A stretch of 64,000 bases of DNA from a virus (IMGVR_UViG_3300045141_000107:26206-90205), one strand, 5' to 3'. Shown: positions 1 through 9,746, counted from the first letter of the stretch. Program-made: numbers and translations. Notes: a model not told the origin generated them from the sequence alone.

Positions 1-217
1 TCTTCTGCACTACCAGAGCGTCATATTCCTTCAACGCCAGCAGTAGCACAGGGTTCAGACAGTAGGTGTTATCTCCTACAGTTAGAACACCACCGTCAAT
101 ACTAACAGCATCTGTATCACCGGTGCTGTCACCAAAGACAAATCTGGCAAATTGCCTGATAAGCCATCCAGGCTTGATGTTCACCTGTTGCATATCTGCT
201 GGCGTTACTGTTTTCAT
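1..217 (-). CDS. hypothetical protein, truncated by window edge
   Basis: ATG at 217 overlaps the stop of the upstream gene (TAATG); frame MKTVTPADMQQ... stays open to position 1. Confidence 0.5.
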   Translation of the reverse strand, partial: MKTVTPADMQQVNIKPGWLIRQFARFVFGDSTGDTDAVSIDGGVLTVGDNTYCLNPVLLLALKEYDALVVQK

Positions 218-732
218 TACGGCATCATTGCCCTTAGACCGAATGCACGGCGCTTGCCTCTGTAGCGCGTGTTGCTTAGTGCACCAATGGGAGGTGTGAG
301 GCCACCAATGACGTTGGGGATGTGACTGTCGTTCTGAAGCTCTACATGGTTGCCAGCAGGCATAGTCACCACGGCTTTGTTACTGACAGGCTTGCGGTAA
401 GGCTTGACGTAGCTGTTGGACTTGACTACAGACCCGTGCCGCAGGTTTACAGACATGGGTTCCGTGTGTATACCCTGGTCGAACAGGACCAGAGAGACCT
501 GTGCAGCACGTGGTGTCAGGTACACATACCGCAGCTTCTTTTCTGGGTCGGTGAAGCGGATAGTCTGCACATCCACAGACACAGACTTGGCTGTAGGAAA
601 CGCTGCCCGCACTGCATCAGCCCACATGCAGTGTGATGAACTACGTGCCTCAGCGTTCTGGATAATCTCCTCCGTAACCGTGATCGTCAGCTTAGGTGCA
701 TGTGGTCGTCTAACTGTAGTTTGCTCTGCCAC
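217..732 (-). CDS. hypothetical protein
   Basis: ORF track 217..789; GTG at 732 follows a purine-rich RBS-like sequence and is the more likely start. Confidence 0.6.
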   Translation of the reverse strand: MAEQTTVRRPHAPKLTITVTEEIIQNAEARSSSHCMWADAVRAAFPTAKSVSVDVQTIRFTDPEKKLRYVYLTPRAAQVSLVLFDQGIHTEPMSVNLRHGSVVKSNSYVKPYRKPVSNKAVVTMPAGNHVELQNDSHIPNVIGGLTPPIGALSNTRYRGKRRAFGLRAMMP

Positions 733-752
733 GATTTGTCCCTTTCTCCACA

Positions 753-802
753 TAAACAAACGGGGCGAAGGTGTGACACACAGCACCAACGCCCCGCTGT
801 TT
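753..802 (-). terminator. stem-loop, possible terminator after the DUF932-like gene
   Basis: inverted repeat AAACA(A)ACGGGGCG ... CGCCCCGCTGTTT, T-rich at the 3' end on the minus strand. Confidence 0.45.
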
Positions 803-822
803 CCGCTCTAGGCGGTCCTCTG

Positions 823-1932
823 CTACGCTTCTGCTAGCGCTGCCGCCCTACGCCGTTCCCGCTTGGGCATAACGCGGTGACAGGTTTCACAGATGCTGTG
901 ATGCTGAACAATATTGCCGCCCACCCGCATAAGGCGACGTACAAGGCTTGGATCCTCCAAGACCCTGCTGTAGTTTGACGCCACGTAGGTCACGTGGTTA
1001 GCCAACTGATACAGGTTTTCTACAGGATGGTTAACCAGCCTGTTGCGGATCATGTCGCGGACAGCAGGTGGGATGCCGAAATCTGCCAGCATTGCTGCAA
1101 GCTCTTCGTCAGTGTGGCTACCCACTGCGACGTCTTTCAACGCCTTGAAGCGGTCCACCTCTGTGCCCACCCGATCGAGGATAGTGGGTACGTTGGTGGT
1201 AATCCACTCTTTGTCGTCCGACTCTTCACGGCTCCTGCCGTAGTGCGCTACGTTCTGGGTGCTGGTCATGCCGTTGGTGCACACCAGACGCTCCCAGTAA
1301 CCAGAGAGATCCAACCCTAGACCAGTGCCACCAGGGGCACTGTACCCGTATGGGCTGACGTAGAGCTGGATGCCACTGGTAACTACGTCGTTAACCTTGG
1401 CTCCTTGTGCCCCACCTTCAAGACGCTGGTAGTCCTTGCCGCCCATGCTGTACTCGTTGTTACCAACAAGCGAGATATACTGGCGGTCAGGGGTTCCCCA
1501 GACCTTGTACCCCTTGACGTTTCTGCGACCACCCATTGCACGCTCTACGGTGCGCATGTAGTCAACGGGGTCACGCACTTCGACCTTACCATCGATGATG
1601 GCTTGGATCTCACCGTCACGTGTTAGTGCTTTGAGGGAGCCTTGCCGTTCCCTGAAGCTGTGATCGAGCAGAGCCACAACGTGCTCCTGGGCTGGTGTGC
1701 CCATGTACTTGAGCATGCTATTACTCTGCAAGCCGCTAACCCGGAAGATGGTATCCCAGGCACCCTGGCCCAGAGGCATGGTATCGTCCTTGTTGCCGAA
1801 GCGGTACTGGACTTTACCACTGGTGCCCACTTGCAACCCGTAGCTGTCGTCTGGGGCGAACTGGCGTTCCTGCAACCCGCTAAAGGGTAGGAGCGTCTGC
1901 AGTGCCGTGTCACGATCAACCATTTGCGTCAT
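823..1932 (-). CDS. DUF932-like phage protein
   Basis: 369 aa; RLVCTNGM motif typical of the DUF932 family; C-terminal CxxC. Confidence 0.65.
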   Translation of the reverse strand: MTQMVDRDTALQTLLPFSGLQERQFAPDDSYGLQVGTSGKVQYRFGNKDDTMPLGQGAWDTIFRVSGLQSNSMLKYMGTPAQEHVVALLDHSFRERQGSLKALTRDGEIQAIIDGKVEVRDPVDYMRTVERAMGGRRNVKGYKVWGTPDRQYISLVGNNEYSMGGKDYQRLEGGAQGAKVNDVVTSGIQLYVSPYGYSAPGGTGLGLDLSGYWERLVCTNGMTSTQNVAHYGRSREESDDKEWITTNVPTILDRVGTEVDRFKALKDVAVGSHTDEELAAMLADFGIPPAVRDMIRNRLVNHPVENLYQLANHVTYVASNYSRVLEDPSLVRRLMRVGGNIVQHHSICETCHRVMPKRERRRAAALAEA

Positions 1933-1936
1933 TGTG

Positions 1937-2140
1937 TTATGCCACTACTTTCTTTTTCTTGACTTCGGGGCGCAGTTTGGTAATCTTTACCACCTTCGTC
2001 CCGCACTTGGTATGGTTGCCTTCGATCATGCCGCGATTGTTGGGTGTTGTGCGGTACCTCCCACGTAGGTTCTTCACTTTTACGCGGCACTTCATGCAAT
2101 ACCCGTCGTACAGTTCTTGTCCTTCTTCAAGGGCTGCCAT
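1937..2140 (-). CDS. small zinc-ribbon protein (DUF5679-like)
   Basis: YCMKC...GNHTKCGTKV pattern; ATG at 2140 after GGGAG. Confidence 0.6.
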   Translation of the reverse strand: MAALEEGQELYDGYCMKCRVKVKNLRGRYRTTPNNRGMIEGNHTKCGTKVVKITKLRPEVKKKKVVA

Positions 2141-2247
2141 GTTTTTCTCCCTGGGCTGCATGGGCCGACAACCAAAGTATGCCACATTGGACGGTCGGCC
2201 TGCAACCCTACTTGGACTATCTAGTCTGCTCTATCTGATCGAAATAT

Positions 2248-3258
2248 CTAACGTCGGCGGCCGAGGGGTCGCTTCGTTGTTGCTGCTGCCCGCGCAGGTG
2301 TTTTTGTAGTCTTCCGTCGTGGTGCTTCTTCTTCCTCGTCTTCATCTTCTTCGTCTTCTTCGTCGGCATCATCTTCGTCTTCGTCCTCATCCTCCTCTTC
2401 TTCTACTGGTGCCGCTTTTCGTCCTCGGGCTGTGGCCGTTTTTCGGCTTCGCGCTGGAGGCTCTTCTTCATCTTCCTCTTCATCTTCTTCATCCGATTCT
2501 TCTTCGTCTTCATCCTCGTCCTCGTCTACCGGGGCACGACGACGTGACGTCTTGGCTGCGGTTTTACGACGAGGGGCCTCCTCCTCGTCTTCATCCTCAT
2601 CTTCATCCTCCACATCTTCCACATCGTCTTCGTCCTCATCATCATCAATGGACGAAGCTCGTGCTTTCAGCCCACGGCTACCGCCGTAGTAGGCTTGTGC
2701 CTGCTGATCGAGGTACTGAACAATATCGATCAGCTTGATATTGCGCTGGTCGAAGCGTTCCTTCTCCTCCGCTTCGATGTGGTATTTGGTGTCGGTGCCT
2801 TCACCTGTACGAGTAATGCTATAGTCGCGGTCCATGATGGTTCCGCGGCGCTCGTACTTGATGATCAGGTTCTCGACCATCGCTCCCGTGAGCTTCAGCA
2901 AACGAACCTGCTTGCTGTCACGGTCCCAGACGTTCACGTACCAACGCTTTCCGGCACGCACATCACCGTCCAGACGGCAGTTGTCGATGCAGGGGACATA
3001 CGCCCCGTTACCGCCTCCGCCCCCAGGAACGTAGTGCTCATAGTACTCCACCCATGGAGTCTTACCGAACGGTTCATGCAGGAAACGTACTGTACGCGCT
3101 TCTCCCTCCTTGAAGGTCAAGCGCACGCTAGGCATCTGCTTAGCGGAGTCCTGCAAACTCTTGGAGTCTGTGTGCGTCGCTGTACGCACTTTGATGGTCC
3201 TGGGCGCTTCCTCGTCACGCCCATTACGTGAGAACGCGGTCTTCTTGGCTACTGCCAT
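2248..3258 (-). CDS. single-stranded DNA-binding protein (gp32-like) with long acidic/basic tail
   Basis: VRFL..., YYEHY, DYSITRTGEGTDTKY motifs; acidic C-terminal region; adjacent to primase and helicase. Confidence 0.7.
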   Translation of the reverse strand: MAVAKKTAFSRNGRDEEAPRTIKVRTATHTDSKSLQDSAKQMPSVRLTFKEGEARTVRFLHEPFGKTPWVEYYEHYVPGGGGGNGAYVPCIDNCRLDGDVRAGKRWYVNVWDRDSKQVRLLKLTGAMVENLIIKYERRGTIMDRDYSITRTGEGTDTKYHIEAEEKERFDQRNIKLIDIVQYLDQQAQAYYGGSRGLKARASSIDDDEDEDDVEDVEDEDEDEDEEEAPRRKTAAKTSRRRAPVDEDEDEDEEESDEEDEEEDEEEPPARSRKTATARGRKAAPVEEEEDEDEDEDDADEEDEEDEDEEEEAPRRKTTKTPARAAATTKRPLGRRR

Positions 3259-3325
3259 ACTTTCTCCTAGACCCAAATTTTGGGTGCCACCTAAACTGTA
3301 CTTGTCCCAGCTTTGTGGAGCAACC

Positions 3326-4318
3326 CTACCCTCTGAACGGGTCGTAATCAGGCTCTACCATAGCCGACCAATGAACTCGCCTGGCAAGCATCCTACGCAT
3401 CGTCTGCTCGCTTAGCTCATTGGGATCTTTCCTGTTTGCCCGCCATTGTACCACAAACACCCGTGGCACAAGCTCGGCTAGGTCTTGGCACATCTTGAAC
3501 TGAGCAATGTGTCCAGGAGCATCGTTGTCGCAAAACACCGTCACTTCATCGAAACGGTCCACTATAAGCGCTAGTTGCTCTCGGGTAAGTCCGGTTCCAA
3601 GTGCTGCGACAAAATTCTCAATTCCGTATTCGTATGCCCGGAGTGCATCTTTAGCACCTTCGACCACAACAACATTATCATATCGGGCAGCAACATACGG
3701 CAATCCATACAGGACATGGCGGCGATCAAAGTCTTTAGAGTATAGATATCTTGGGCGTTGTGTTTGGTTGACAGCTCGTCTGATGATGCCAACCCACTTG
3801 CCCTCTGCTCTAATCGGGATAACCGCTCGTTTAGATACACCATCATATCCAAGGCAAAAGCGCTTGACAGTCTCTCGACTGAACCTCCCGAACGGAATTC
3901 CATTATACCACCACCATGATTTGCCTTTCCGGTACCTTGTGATATCTAGGTCTACAAAGCTGTGTCGTGGCGGGTTCAGGATGGCATCCAATTGTGCCAG
4001 GTTGCGCTTACGCATACTTACCACATCGAGCAAGCTGCCGTACTCGCTGATAACGTCTATGGCGTCCTTGTAGGTGGTGCCCTGCGTAAGCATAACCAGC
4101 CGTGGCAGGTTGCCTCTCTCCCCACACACCCAACAATGCCATAGTCCCGTGCGCGTGTTAATCTCCAGGTTAGGCGCTCCAGTTTCCCCATGGAATACGC
4201 ACAGGGTTACAAATTCTTGTTGTATTACCTCGCCTTCTATGCGCAGTCTTTCCAATACCTGAGGCACGTTTACCTCGAGGTCGTCAAGCTGCGGCTGTGA
4301 TCTCTCCGTATATTGCAT
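3326..4318 (-). CDS. DNA primase (CHC2 zinc finger + TOPRIM)
   Basis: CVFH...WHCWVC zinc finger; VVEGAKDA and DND TOPRIM motifs. Confidence 0.9.
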   Translation of the reverse strand: MQYTERSQPQLDDLEVNVPQVLERLRIEGEVIQQEFVTLCVFHGETGAPNLEINTRTGLWHCWVCGERGNLPRLVMLTQGTTYKDAIDVISEYGSLLDVVSMRKRNLAQLDAILNPPRHSFVDLDITRYRKGKSWWWYNGIPFGRFSRETVKRFCLGYDGVSKRAVIPIRAEGKWVGIIRRAVNQTQRPRYLYSKDFDRRHVLYGLPYVAARYDNVVVVEGAKDALRAYEYGIENFVAALGTGLTREQLALIVDRFDEVTVFCDNDAPGHIAQFKMCQDLAELVPRVFVVQWRANRKDPNELSEQTMRRMLARRVHWSAMVEPDYDPFRG

Positions 4319-4499
4319 TACACTCAGGGCACCAACTGGTGGTGATAGTTACCGTTTGTATAGCTTCTCTGTTCTCTATCTGCTGTAGGTACATAAGATC
4401 TCCATGCTCTATAGCAGTCCATACAGCATTCTGGTCAACAAGATTGATGTCTTGAAGAAACACGCTATTGGGGTGGGTGCACTTACCGCTCGACGCCAT
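4284..4499 (-). CDS. small hypothetical protein (CxH/CxxC)
   Basis: 71-aa ORF overlapping both neighbours in the operon. Confidence 0.45.
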   Translation of the reverse strand: MASSGKCTHPNSVFLQDINLVDQNAVWTAIEHGDLMYLQQIENREAIQTVTITTSWCPECNAIYGEITAAA

Positions 4500-4674
4500 T
4501 GATCATCACCTTTACGGAATCGTAGCCGTGTTTTTCCAGGTAATCAGCAAGGGCTTCGTCAAGGAGTCTGTATACGGGCATACCCTGACGTAGTGCCATT
4601 ACGCGCAAGCGGCGCACCAACACTTCGTCAACACCCCTGACTGCCCACCTGTACGGGGGAGTCTCGTCAGTCAT
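4483..4674 (-). CDS. ribbon-helix-helix DNA-binding protein
   Basis: WAVRGVDEVLVRRLRVMALRQGMPVYRLLDEALADYL fits the RHH pattern. Confidence 0.6.
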   Translation of the reverse strand: MTDETPPYRWAVRGVDEVLVRRLRVMALRQGMPVYRLLDEALADYLEKHGYDSVKVMINGVER

Positions 4675-5965
4675 CCGACTCCTCGTCGCTGGTTACACGT
4701 GCACGACGGCGTGCTGTGCTAATCTCACTAATGAAACCATTGTCGATGTCTAGCTCGAACTTGATGGTGTCACCAGTGCGCCCACGCCTGTTCTTCTTCA
4801 CAACCATCTTGAGGTCGCCAGCGCGGTAACGCAACGAAAGCACCTGGTCGCTGTCTGCACCCAACGCATCCGTCAGCGAGATATGGTCCAGCTCTGGCGC
4901 GTCCTGCGCATCGACACCCTTGCGGTTGGCCTGTGCGTTCAACACAAACGGGATGTCAAACTTCATGGCAATGTTGTGTTTCGCCATGCGGCTGGTCTGC
5001 ACTGCCTGGATCCAGTTCTCGCCACCACGGGTTACGTCGTTACCCACACCCAGACCAAAGTAGTCGAAGAACGCAATGTTAGGCTCGTGCTGCTCGCACT
5101 TGGCAACCATCGTTGCCATGCTAAAGCCACCTTGCGCATTGGGTGTGATGAATCCAGACTTGAGGTGTTTCTTGGCACGAATCAGGAAACGCCTGTACTT
5201 GGGTAGGTCTACCGTACCCATCATCATGCCCATGTTGCTGAAGCGGTCCTTGAACTCATTCTGCATGGTGGACGCCAGCATGTTGTTCAGCAACGTCTGC
5301 ACACGCATACCGATCTGTGCGGGGGACATCTCCAGGCTGGCGTATAGGACTTTGGCACCCTCAACCGCAGCCCGCGTGGCAAAATACAAAGACATCCACG
5401 TCTTGAACTCACCCTGGCGTGCTACGATGGTGATGAGGTCTGGCCCCTGCATGCCGCCTGTGATTTTGTCCAGGGTTGGTATCCCAAACGGGTACCCAAT
5501 GGACTCACCAGCAGCCACTTGATCGTGTGCATGTTTCACGTGGTTGTACGTGTGCTGCCAGTTGTTGAAGATATCCACATCCTCGCCCTTGGCGTATGTC
5601 TGAAGGATTAGGCGGATATCGCTTTCTAGCTCTGTAGCCAGTTGCGTTGGCTCGACACGTCCAAGCCTGCGCATTGCACGCTCGAACATCTTGCCCATGT
5701 CGTACTCTGCCTTGTTGCGCTGCACCTGTGCAACGAGCAACTGCATTTCCTCTGGGTCTGTTACGACTACCCGGAAGTTGGGAAATCGTGCCTTGAACGT
5801 CTCCTTGCCCGCGGACCTGTGCTCCTGCAACCAGATCCACTCGGCCTTGCGGCGCATAAACAGGCCATCGGTTGCGCCTAACCTAGACGCGGCACCTACG
5901 CCTTTACCCGGACCACGCGGGTGCCGCACAATCGCACTAATAAGGATGTCTTCGCTTGTCGCCAC
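4667..5965 (-). CDS. DnaB-like replicative helicase
   Basis: GIPTLD..TGG, ARQGEFKT (Walker A variant), SLEMS, FFDY, QANR, KNRRG motifs. Confidence 0.9.
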   Translation of the reverse strand: MATSEDILISAIVRHPRGPGKGVGAASRLGATDGLFMRRKAEWIWLQEHRSAGKETFKARFPNFRVVVTDPEEMQLLVAQVQRNKAEYDMGKMFERAMRRLGRVEPTQLATELESDIRLILQTYAKGEDVDIFNNWQHTYNHVKHAHDQVAAGESIGYPFGIPTLDKITGGMQGPDLITIVARQGEFKTWMSLYFATRAAVEGAKVLYASLEMSPAQIGMRVQTLLNNMLASTMQNEFKDRFSNMGMMMGTVDLPKYRRFLIRAKKHLKSGFITPNAQGGFSMATMVAKCEQHEPNIAFFDYFGLGVGNDVTRGGENWIQAVQTSRMAKHNIAMKFDIPFVLNAQANRKGVDAQDAPELDHISLTDALGADSDQVLSLRYRAGDLKMVVKKNRRGRTGDTIKFELDIDNGFISEISTARRRARVTSDEESDD

Positions 5966-6000
5966 TCTTTACTCTCCAGCAGCTTTTTGCTGCACCCCAC

Positions 6001-6029
6001 AGTATACCATCTGCGTACCTGAGATGCAA
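6001..6029 (-). promoter_or_regulatory. sigma70-type promoter for the helicase/primase operon
   Basis: minus strand TTGCAT-17 bp-TATACT with extended -10 TG. Confidence 0.6.
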
Positions 6030-6030
6030 G

Positions 6031-6930
6031 CTAGTCGTAGATACCAAAAGCTCGTCTGGTGAGCCTGTTGTTGTATTCAACTGAGGCAGCAATACTCTCA
6101 GCCTTTACTTTCTCCCAGATCCAGGGGAAGACACACTCATCATCATACTCCCCCAATTCGTCTTCGGTGTATCTCTGAGCTATTACCTCGCGAAAGTAAT
6201 AGTCATTGGTGAAACTACGTAGTCCATTGGGTTTACGCTTAGCACCCAGAAAAGCAGTCTGGATGAACACCTTCAGTTTCCAAGGTTCTCCCAGCCTGTG
6301 CAACAAGATACGTGCAGCCCCGACTTCCATAGGCCAGTTTAGCTGCGGTATTTCCCCAAACCTTACCCTGAAGACATAGGAGAAGTAGCAGACGAAATCA
6401 GGCCCAGTCCACTGGTCCACGTTGTTGCAGTGTGTTCTAAATCTCTTGAAAGGAGAACTATGCGTCTTCACCGTTTTCAAGAGACTGGGTACGTTATCGA
6501 ATACCGTACCATTACGTATATGCGCATCCCGCTGCGCATTTTCCTTTTCCTTGCCTATAATATACCTAAAGGGTACTACTTCTTTTTGGAAAACCGTTTT
6601 GGAGGCATCCATAGACCCTTTTTGGTTGCCGCTAGGAACGTGGCGAACGACCTTCTTAGGGGTACTGCCAGTAGAAACAGACTGGTTGCCCCTAGATCTA
6701 GTTTGGTTGCCCCTAATTGACGCGACTTGATATTTCGTTGGTCTGTGGCCGGTACCCACTTGAAGGACTTCCAGACTGCCGTCGTCTATAAGAGCCTTCA
6801 GTATCTTCTTGGTATACTGGCGCGACCAGCCGAATATCAAACCTATCTCAGTGCTGCCAACCCTGACGATACCTTGTACGTTACAATGGTCTTCGCACCA
6901 TACCAACACGAGGCGTTGGTTCTTAGTCAC
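6031..6930 (-). CDS. putative replication initiator (N-terminal winged HTH)
   Basis: STEIGLIFGWSRQYTKKILKALIDDGSL HTH, low-complexity linker containing DNA repeats, immediately upstream of DnaB. Confidence 0.55.
   Translation of the reverse strand: MTKNQRLVLVWCEDHCNVQGIVRVGSTEIGLIFGWSRQYTKKILKALIDDGSLEVLQVGTGHRPTKYQVASIRGNQTRSRGNQSVSTGSTPKKVVRHVPSGNQKGSMDASKTVFQKEVVPFRYIIGKEKENAQRDAHIRNGTVFDNVPSLLKTVKTHSSPFKRFRTHCNNVDQWTGPDFVCYFSYVFRVRFGEIPQLNWPMEVGAARILLHRLGEPWKLKVFIQTAFLGAKRKPNGLRSFTNDYYFREVIAQRYTEDELGEYDDECVFPWIWEKVKAESIAASVEYNNRLTRRAFGIYD
6623..6715. repeat. iteron-like repeats TGGTTGCC(C/G)CTA x3, candidate origin
   Basis: copies at 6623, 6683 and 6704; adjacent AT-rich tract ~6540-6600. 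Confidence 0.55.
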
Positions 6931-7037
6931 AGAAGACTGTCCGGTTTACCCTCTTTTTTGCCATGCCACAAATTGTAGCAGCTACGACGTTCCTAGGGGC
7001 ATCTCCAAAAAGTAGATTTGAACTCAGAACTTATAGA

Positions 7038-7066
7038 TTGCTTGTAGACTAAAGATTTGGTATAGT
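7038..7066 (+). promoter_or_regulatory. sigma70-type promoter for the SF2 helicase
   Basis: TTGCTT-17 bp-TATAGT with extended -10 TG. Confidence 0.55.
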
Positions 7067-7078
7067 AAAGGCACAGCA

Positions 7079-8584
7079 ATGGCAAGAGCATCTAGGCAAA
7101 AGATTACTGCCACGGTCGGAGGTAAACTGGTCTTACCAAGACAGCAAGTACCACGCGATCTATTTGAGGCACTCCTTACGCACCTTACTTGGGATAATCC
7201 TGAGTACACGGACCGTGTGTTCAGACAATTGAGTACGCGGATATACGACAAGAAAACGCGCACGTGGCGAGAGATACCAAAACACATCTACGGTATCGCA
7301 ATAAATGACGAGAACCAGACATACGAACTGGCAAGAGAGTTCGTACCAGAGTTCGAGAGACTGTGTGGGGAACGCGAGATAGAGATAGAATGGGACGATA
7401 GACGGGTTATACATGAAGCCCATCCTTTGCCCCACAGCATAGAATTATGGGCACCACAGATACCCGCTGTCGAGGACCTAATGCATGATGATTACGGACA
7501 TCAAGGTGTGCTTGAGGCACCATGCGGGTCTGGGAAAACAGTTATGTTGCTGTATCTCGTGGCAGAACTGGGACAGCCAACTATCATACTCGCTCATACA
7601 GATGATCTTCTCAAACAATGGCAAGATTACTGCCGCCGTCTTCTGGATTACGACCCAGGACTTATCCAAGGAGACACCTGCGACATAAAGCAAATCACGC
7701 TGGCTAGCGTAATGACGCTTGCACGTAGGCATCTGGACGACGAGTTCCTGAGCCAGTGGGGTATGATTATACTGGACGAGGCGCACCATTGTCCGGCAGC
7801 TTGCTTTCAAGAAGTAATGACACAGTTTCCCGCATACTACCGCTTTGGAGCTACTGCTACACCCAGACGGGAAGACAACTTGCAGGGACTCCTCTACGCC
7901 ATCTGTGGGCCAGTTATTGCTAAGGTACAACGTAGGGCACTAAAGCAAGCCGGACTTATTGTAGACCCCGTCGTGATGGTACAGGAAACTGGTTTCACCT
8001 ACCCGTACACAAACATGCATCAGTGGCACCCAATGGTGCGTTCTTTGATACATGATAGGCGACGTAATGCCCAGATCATCGAAAACATCATCCGAGACTT
8101 CGACAGCGGAGACCACGTCCAGCTTGTCCTATCTCAGCAAATCGACCACCTCGATCTCCTGGCAAAATCTTTACAAGAACGTCGACCTGACATTACCCAA
8201 GAGCTCCTTATCGCCGGAGGAACTAAGAAAGATAAGTACGGACATATCACACGTACTATCGGTCGTACGAAGAAGGAAAGGGCGGCAGCTATCAAGTCTG
8301 CTAGAAAAGGCGATCTGCGCGTACTTTTTGGAACTCAACTGGCAGACGAGGGACTCGATATCCCACGCCTCGACAGGCTTCACCTTGTCTTTCCCACAAG
8401 GGCACAAGGCAAGATTGCGCAGCAAGTTGGACGCATTCAACGTGTCCATCCCCGAAAGAGAGATGTTATCGTCCGTGATTACGTGGACGAACCGCGCGTC
8501 CTCAAAAACCAGTGGTTCGAGAGGCGAAAAGCTTACGTAGAAATGGAGTTAGAGATAGTCCGTGCGAATCAAAGGACGAGCTGA
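7079..8584 (+). CDS. superfamily II DEAH-box helicase (UvsW/XPB-like)
   Basis: APCGSGKT, DEAHH, TAT, GLDIP, QQVGRIQR motifs. Confidence 0.9.
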   Translation: MARASRQKITATVGGKLVLPRQQVPRDLFEALLTHLTWDNPEYTDRVFRQLSTRIYDKKTRTWREIPKHIYGIAINDENQTYELAREFVPEFERLCGEREIEIEWDDRRVIHEAHPLPHSIELWAPQIPAVEDLMHDDYGHQGVLEAPCGSGKTVMLLYLVAELGQPTIILAHTDDLLKQWQDYCRRLLDYDPGLIQGDTCDIKQITLASVMTLARRHLDDEFLSQWGMIILDEAHHCPAACFQEVMTQFPAYYRFGATATPRREDNLQGLLYAICGPVIAKVQRRALKQAGLIVDPVVMVQETGFTYPYTNMHQWHPMVRSLIHDRRRNAQIIENIIRDFDSGDHVQLVLSQQIDHLDLLAKSLQERRPDITQELLIAGGTKKDKYGHITRTIGRTKKERAAAIKSARKGDLRVLFGTQLADEGLDIPRLDRLHLVFPTRAQGKIAQQVGRIQRVHPRKRDVIVRDYVDEPRVLKNQWFERRKAYVEMELEIVRANQRTS

Positions 8585-8993
8585 ATTACTTACCTGGCTA
8601 CGGCGTAGGGCAACGCTTGATGAGAAGCGTAAGACGCTTACCCGTAGCATAGACAACATCAACGGTTGGGTACTGGCATACTATGAGCGCCACAACCTTA
8701 CCGATGTTGTAGACCCAGAAACCAAGACCAAGTGGCAGAAGCGCCAGGGTACCACACAGATCTGGAACAATGAAGAACTGAAAAAGCTGCTCAAGCGCCG
8801 CCAGGTGCCAGAGGAGCTAGTATTCAGCATTGTCCCAACGGAAGTGCGCAATGATGAGGCTATCTTCCAGCTTATGCGTGATGGCATCCTCAGTATTGCA
8901 GACATCGAAACAGTCAGCATGTTGCAGAGCCACAAACCCTACATTATTGGATTGAACAAGAATGCCAAGAAACACAGCGATACAGAAGATTAG
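8562..8993 (+). CDS. hypothetical protein (N-terminal coiled coil)
   Basis: 143-aa ORF overlapping the helicase stop. Confidence 0.55.
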   Translation: MRIKGRAELLTWLRRRATLDEKRKTLTRSIDNINGWVLAYYERHNLTDVVDPETKTKWQKRQGTTQIWNNEELKKLLKRRQVPEELVFSIVPTEVRNDEAIFQLMRDGILSIADIETVSMLQSHKPYIIGLNKNAKKHSDTED

Positions 8994-9192
8994 TCCACCC
9001 CTGGACGAAGGCGATAAGGTGGGCGTAAGTTTTGGTGTTACCCTCAATATGGGTGAATACCAGAGTCTGCGCGTAGAGGCGTGGGCAGAAACAACTATAC
9101 GGGAGGGCGAGACCTCCGCCTCTGCATACAGACGTATATTCGATCTAGTAGAAAAGCAAGCCAACACCAAAGCCGCTGAGTACAAGCGCTAA
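8962..9192 (+). CDS. hypothetical protein
   Basis: 76 aa; TLNMGEYQSLRVE motif resembles small phage proteins. Confidence 0.55.
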   Translation: MPRNTAIQKISPPLDEGDKVGVSFGVTLNMGEYQSLRVEAWAETTIREGETSASAYRRIFDLVEKQANTKAAEYKR

Positions 9193-9198
9193 ATGGGC

Positions 9199-9227
9199 TT
9201 GCAAACCCAGAACCTCTGTGTTATAGT
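9199..9227 (+). promoter_or_regulatory. sigma70-type promoter
   Basis: TTGCAA-17 bp-TATAGT with extended -10 TG. Confidence 0.55.
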
Positions 9228-9296
9228 GACGTTGTGCAGCAGCCAATCAGGGAAATTGGACTCCCAAATCTTATTTGGCTACTAAGGAGAATCGAG

Positions 9297-9746
9297 ATGG
9301 CAAAGGCAAGTACCCCCGCAAAGGCGAGTCGCAGGGTTGCAGTGGAAGAGGATGAGGAAGACGAGGAGGAAGTGGTAGTAGTCTCCAGCAAGAAGAAGGC
9401 TGCTGCTCCCGCCAAGTCAACCACCAATGGCCGCGCGAACGGCGCTACCAAGACCAAGGCGACCGTCACCAAGAAGACCGTCAAGGAAGTCGACGACGAA
9501 GCTTCCTACACGCCTAACCCCAACAGCATGCGTGACTTCATCATGCGTGCCATGAAGCGTGGCGGCAGCTCTGCGCAGATCAAAAAGCGTGCCGCCAGTT
9601 ACGCTGAGAAGAAGGGCGTGGACACACTCTCAGACCCCAAGGCGTACAAGAACTTCGACGTGGCTTTCTTCGCCAAGTTTCTCAACACCAAGGGCTTCCC
9701 TGTGGAGATCGACGAGGAAGCAGACAGCTACACACTCAAGGCGTAA
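9297..9746 (+). CDS. hypothetical protein, Lys/Ala-rich with acidic patch (possible DNA-binding)
   Basis: AAGGAG RBS before ATG 9297; disordered N-terminus and helical C-terminal domain. Confidence 0.65.
   Translation: MAKASTPAKASRRVAVEEDEEDEEEVVVVSSKKKAAAPAKSTTNGRANGATKTKATVTKKTVKEVDDEASYTPNPNSMRDFIMRAMKRGGSSAQIKKRAASYAEKKGVDTLSDPKAYKNFDVAFFAKFLNTKGFPVEIDEEADSYTLKA

Noticed and set aside
2319-2738. Poly-Ser and His/Leu-rich plus-strand ORFs (also 43076..43717 plus, 9221..9484 minus)
   Set aside because: Antisense shadows of Asp/Glu codon runs in real genes
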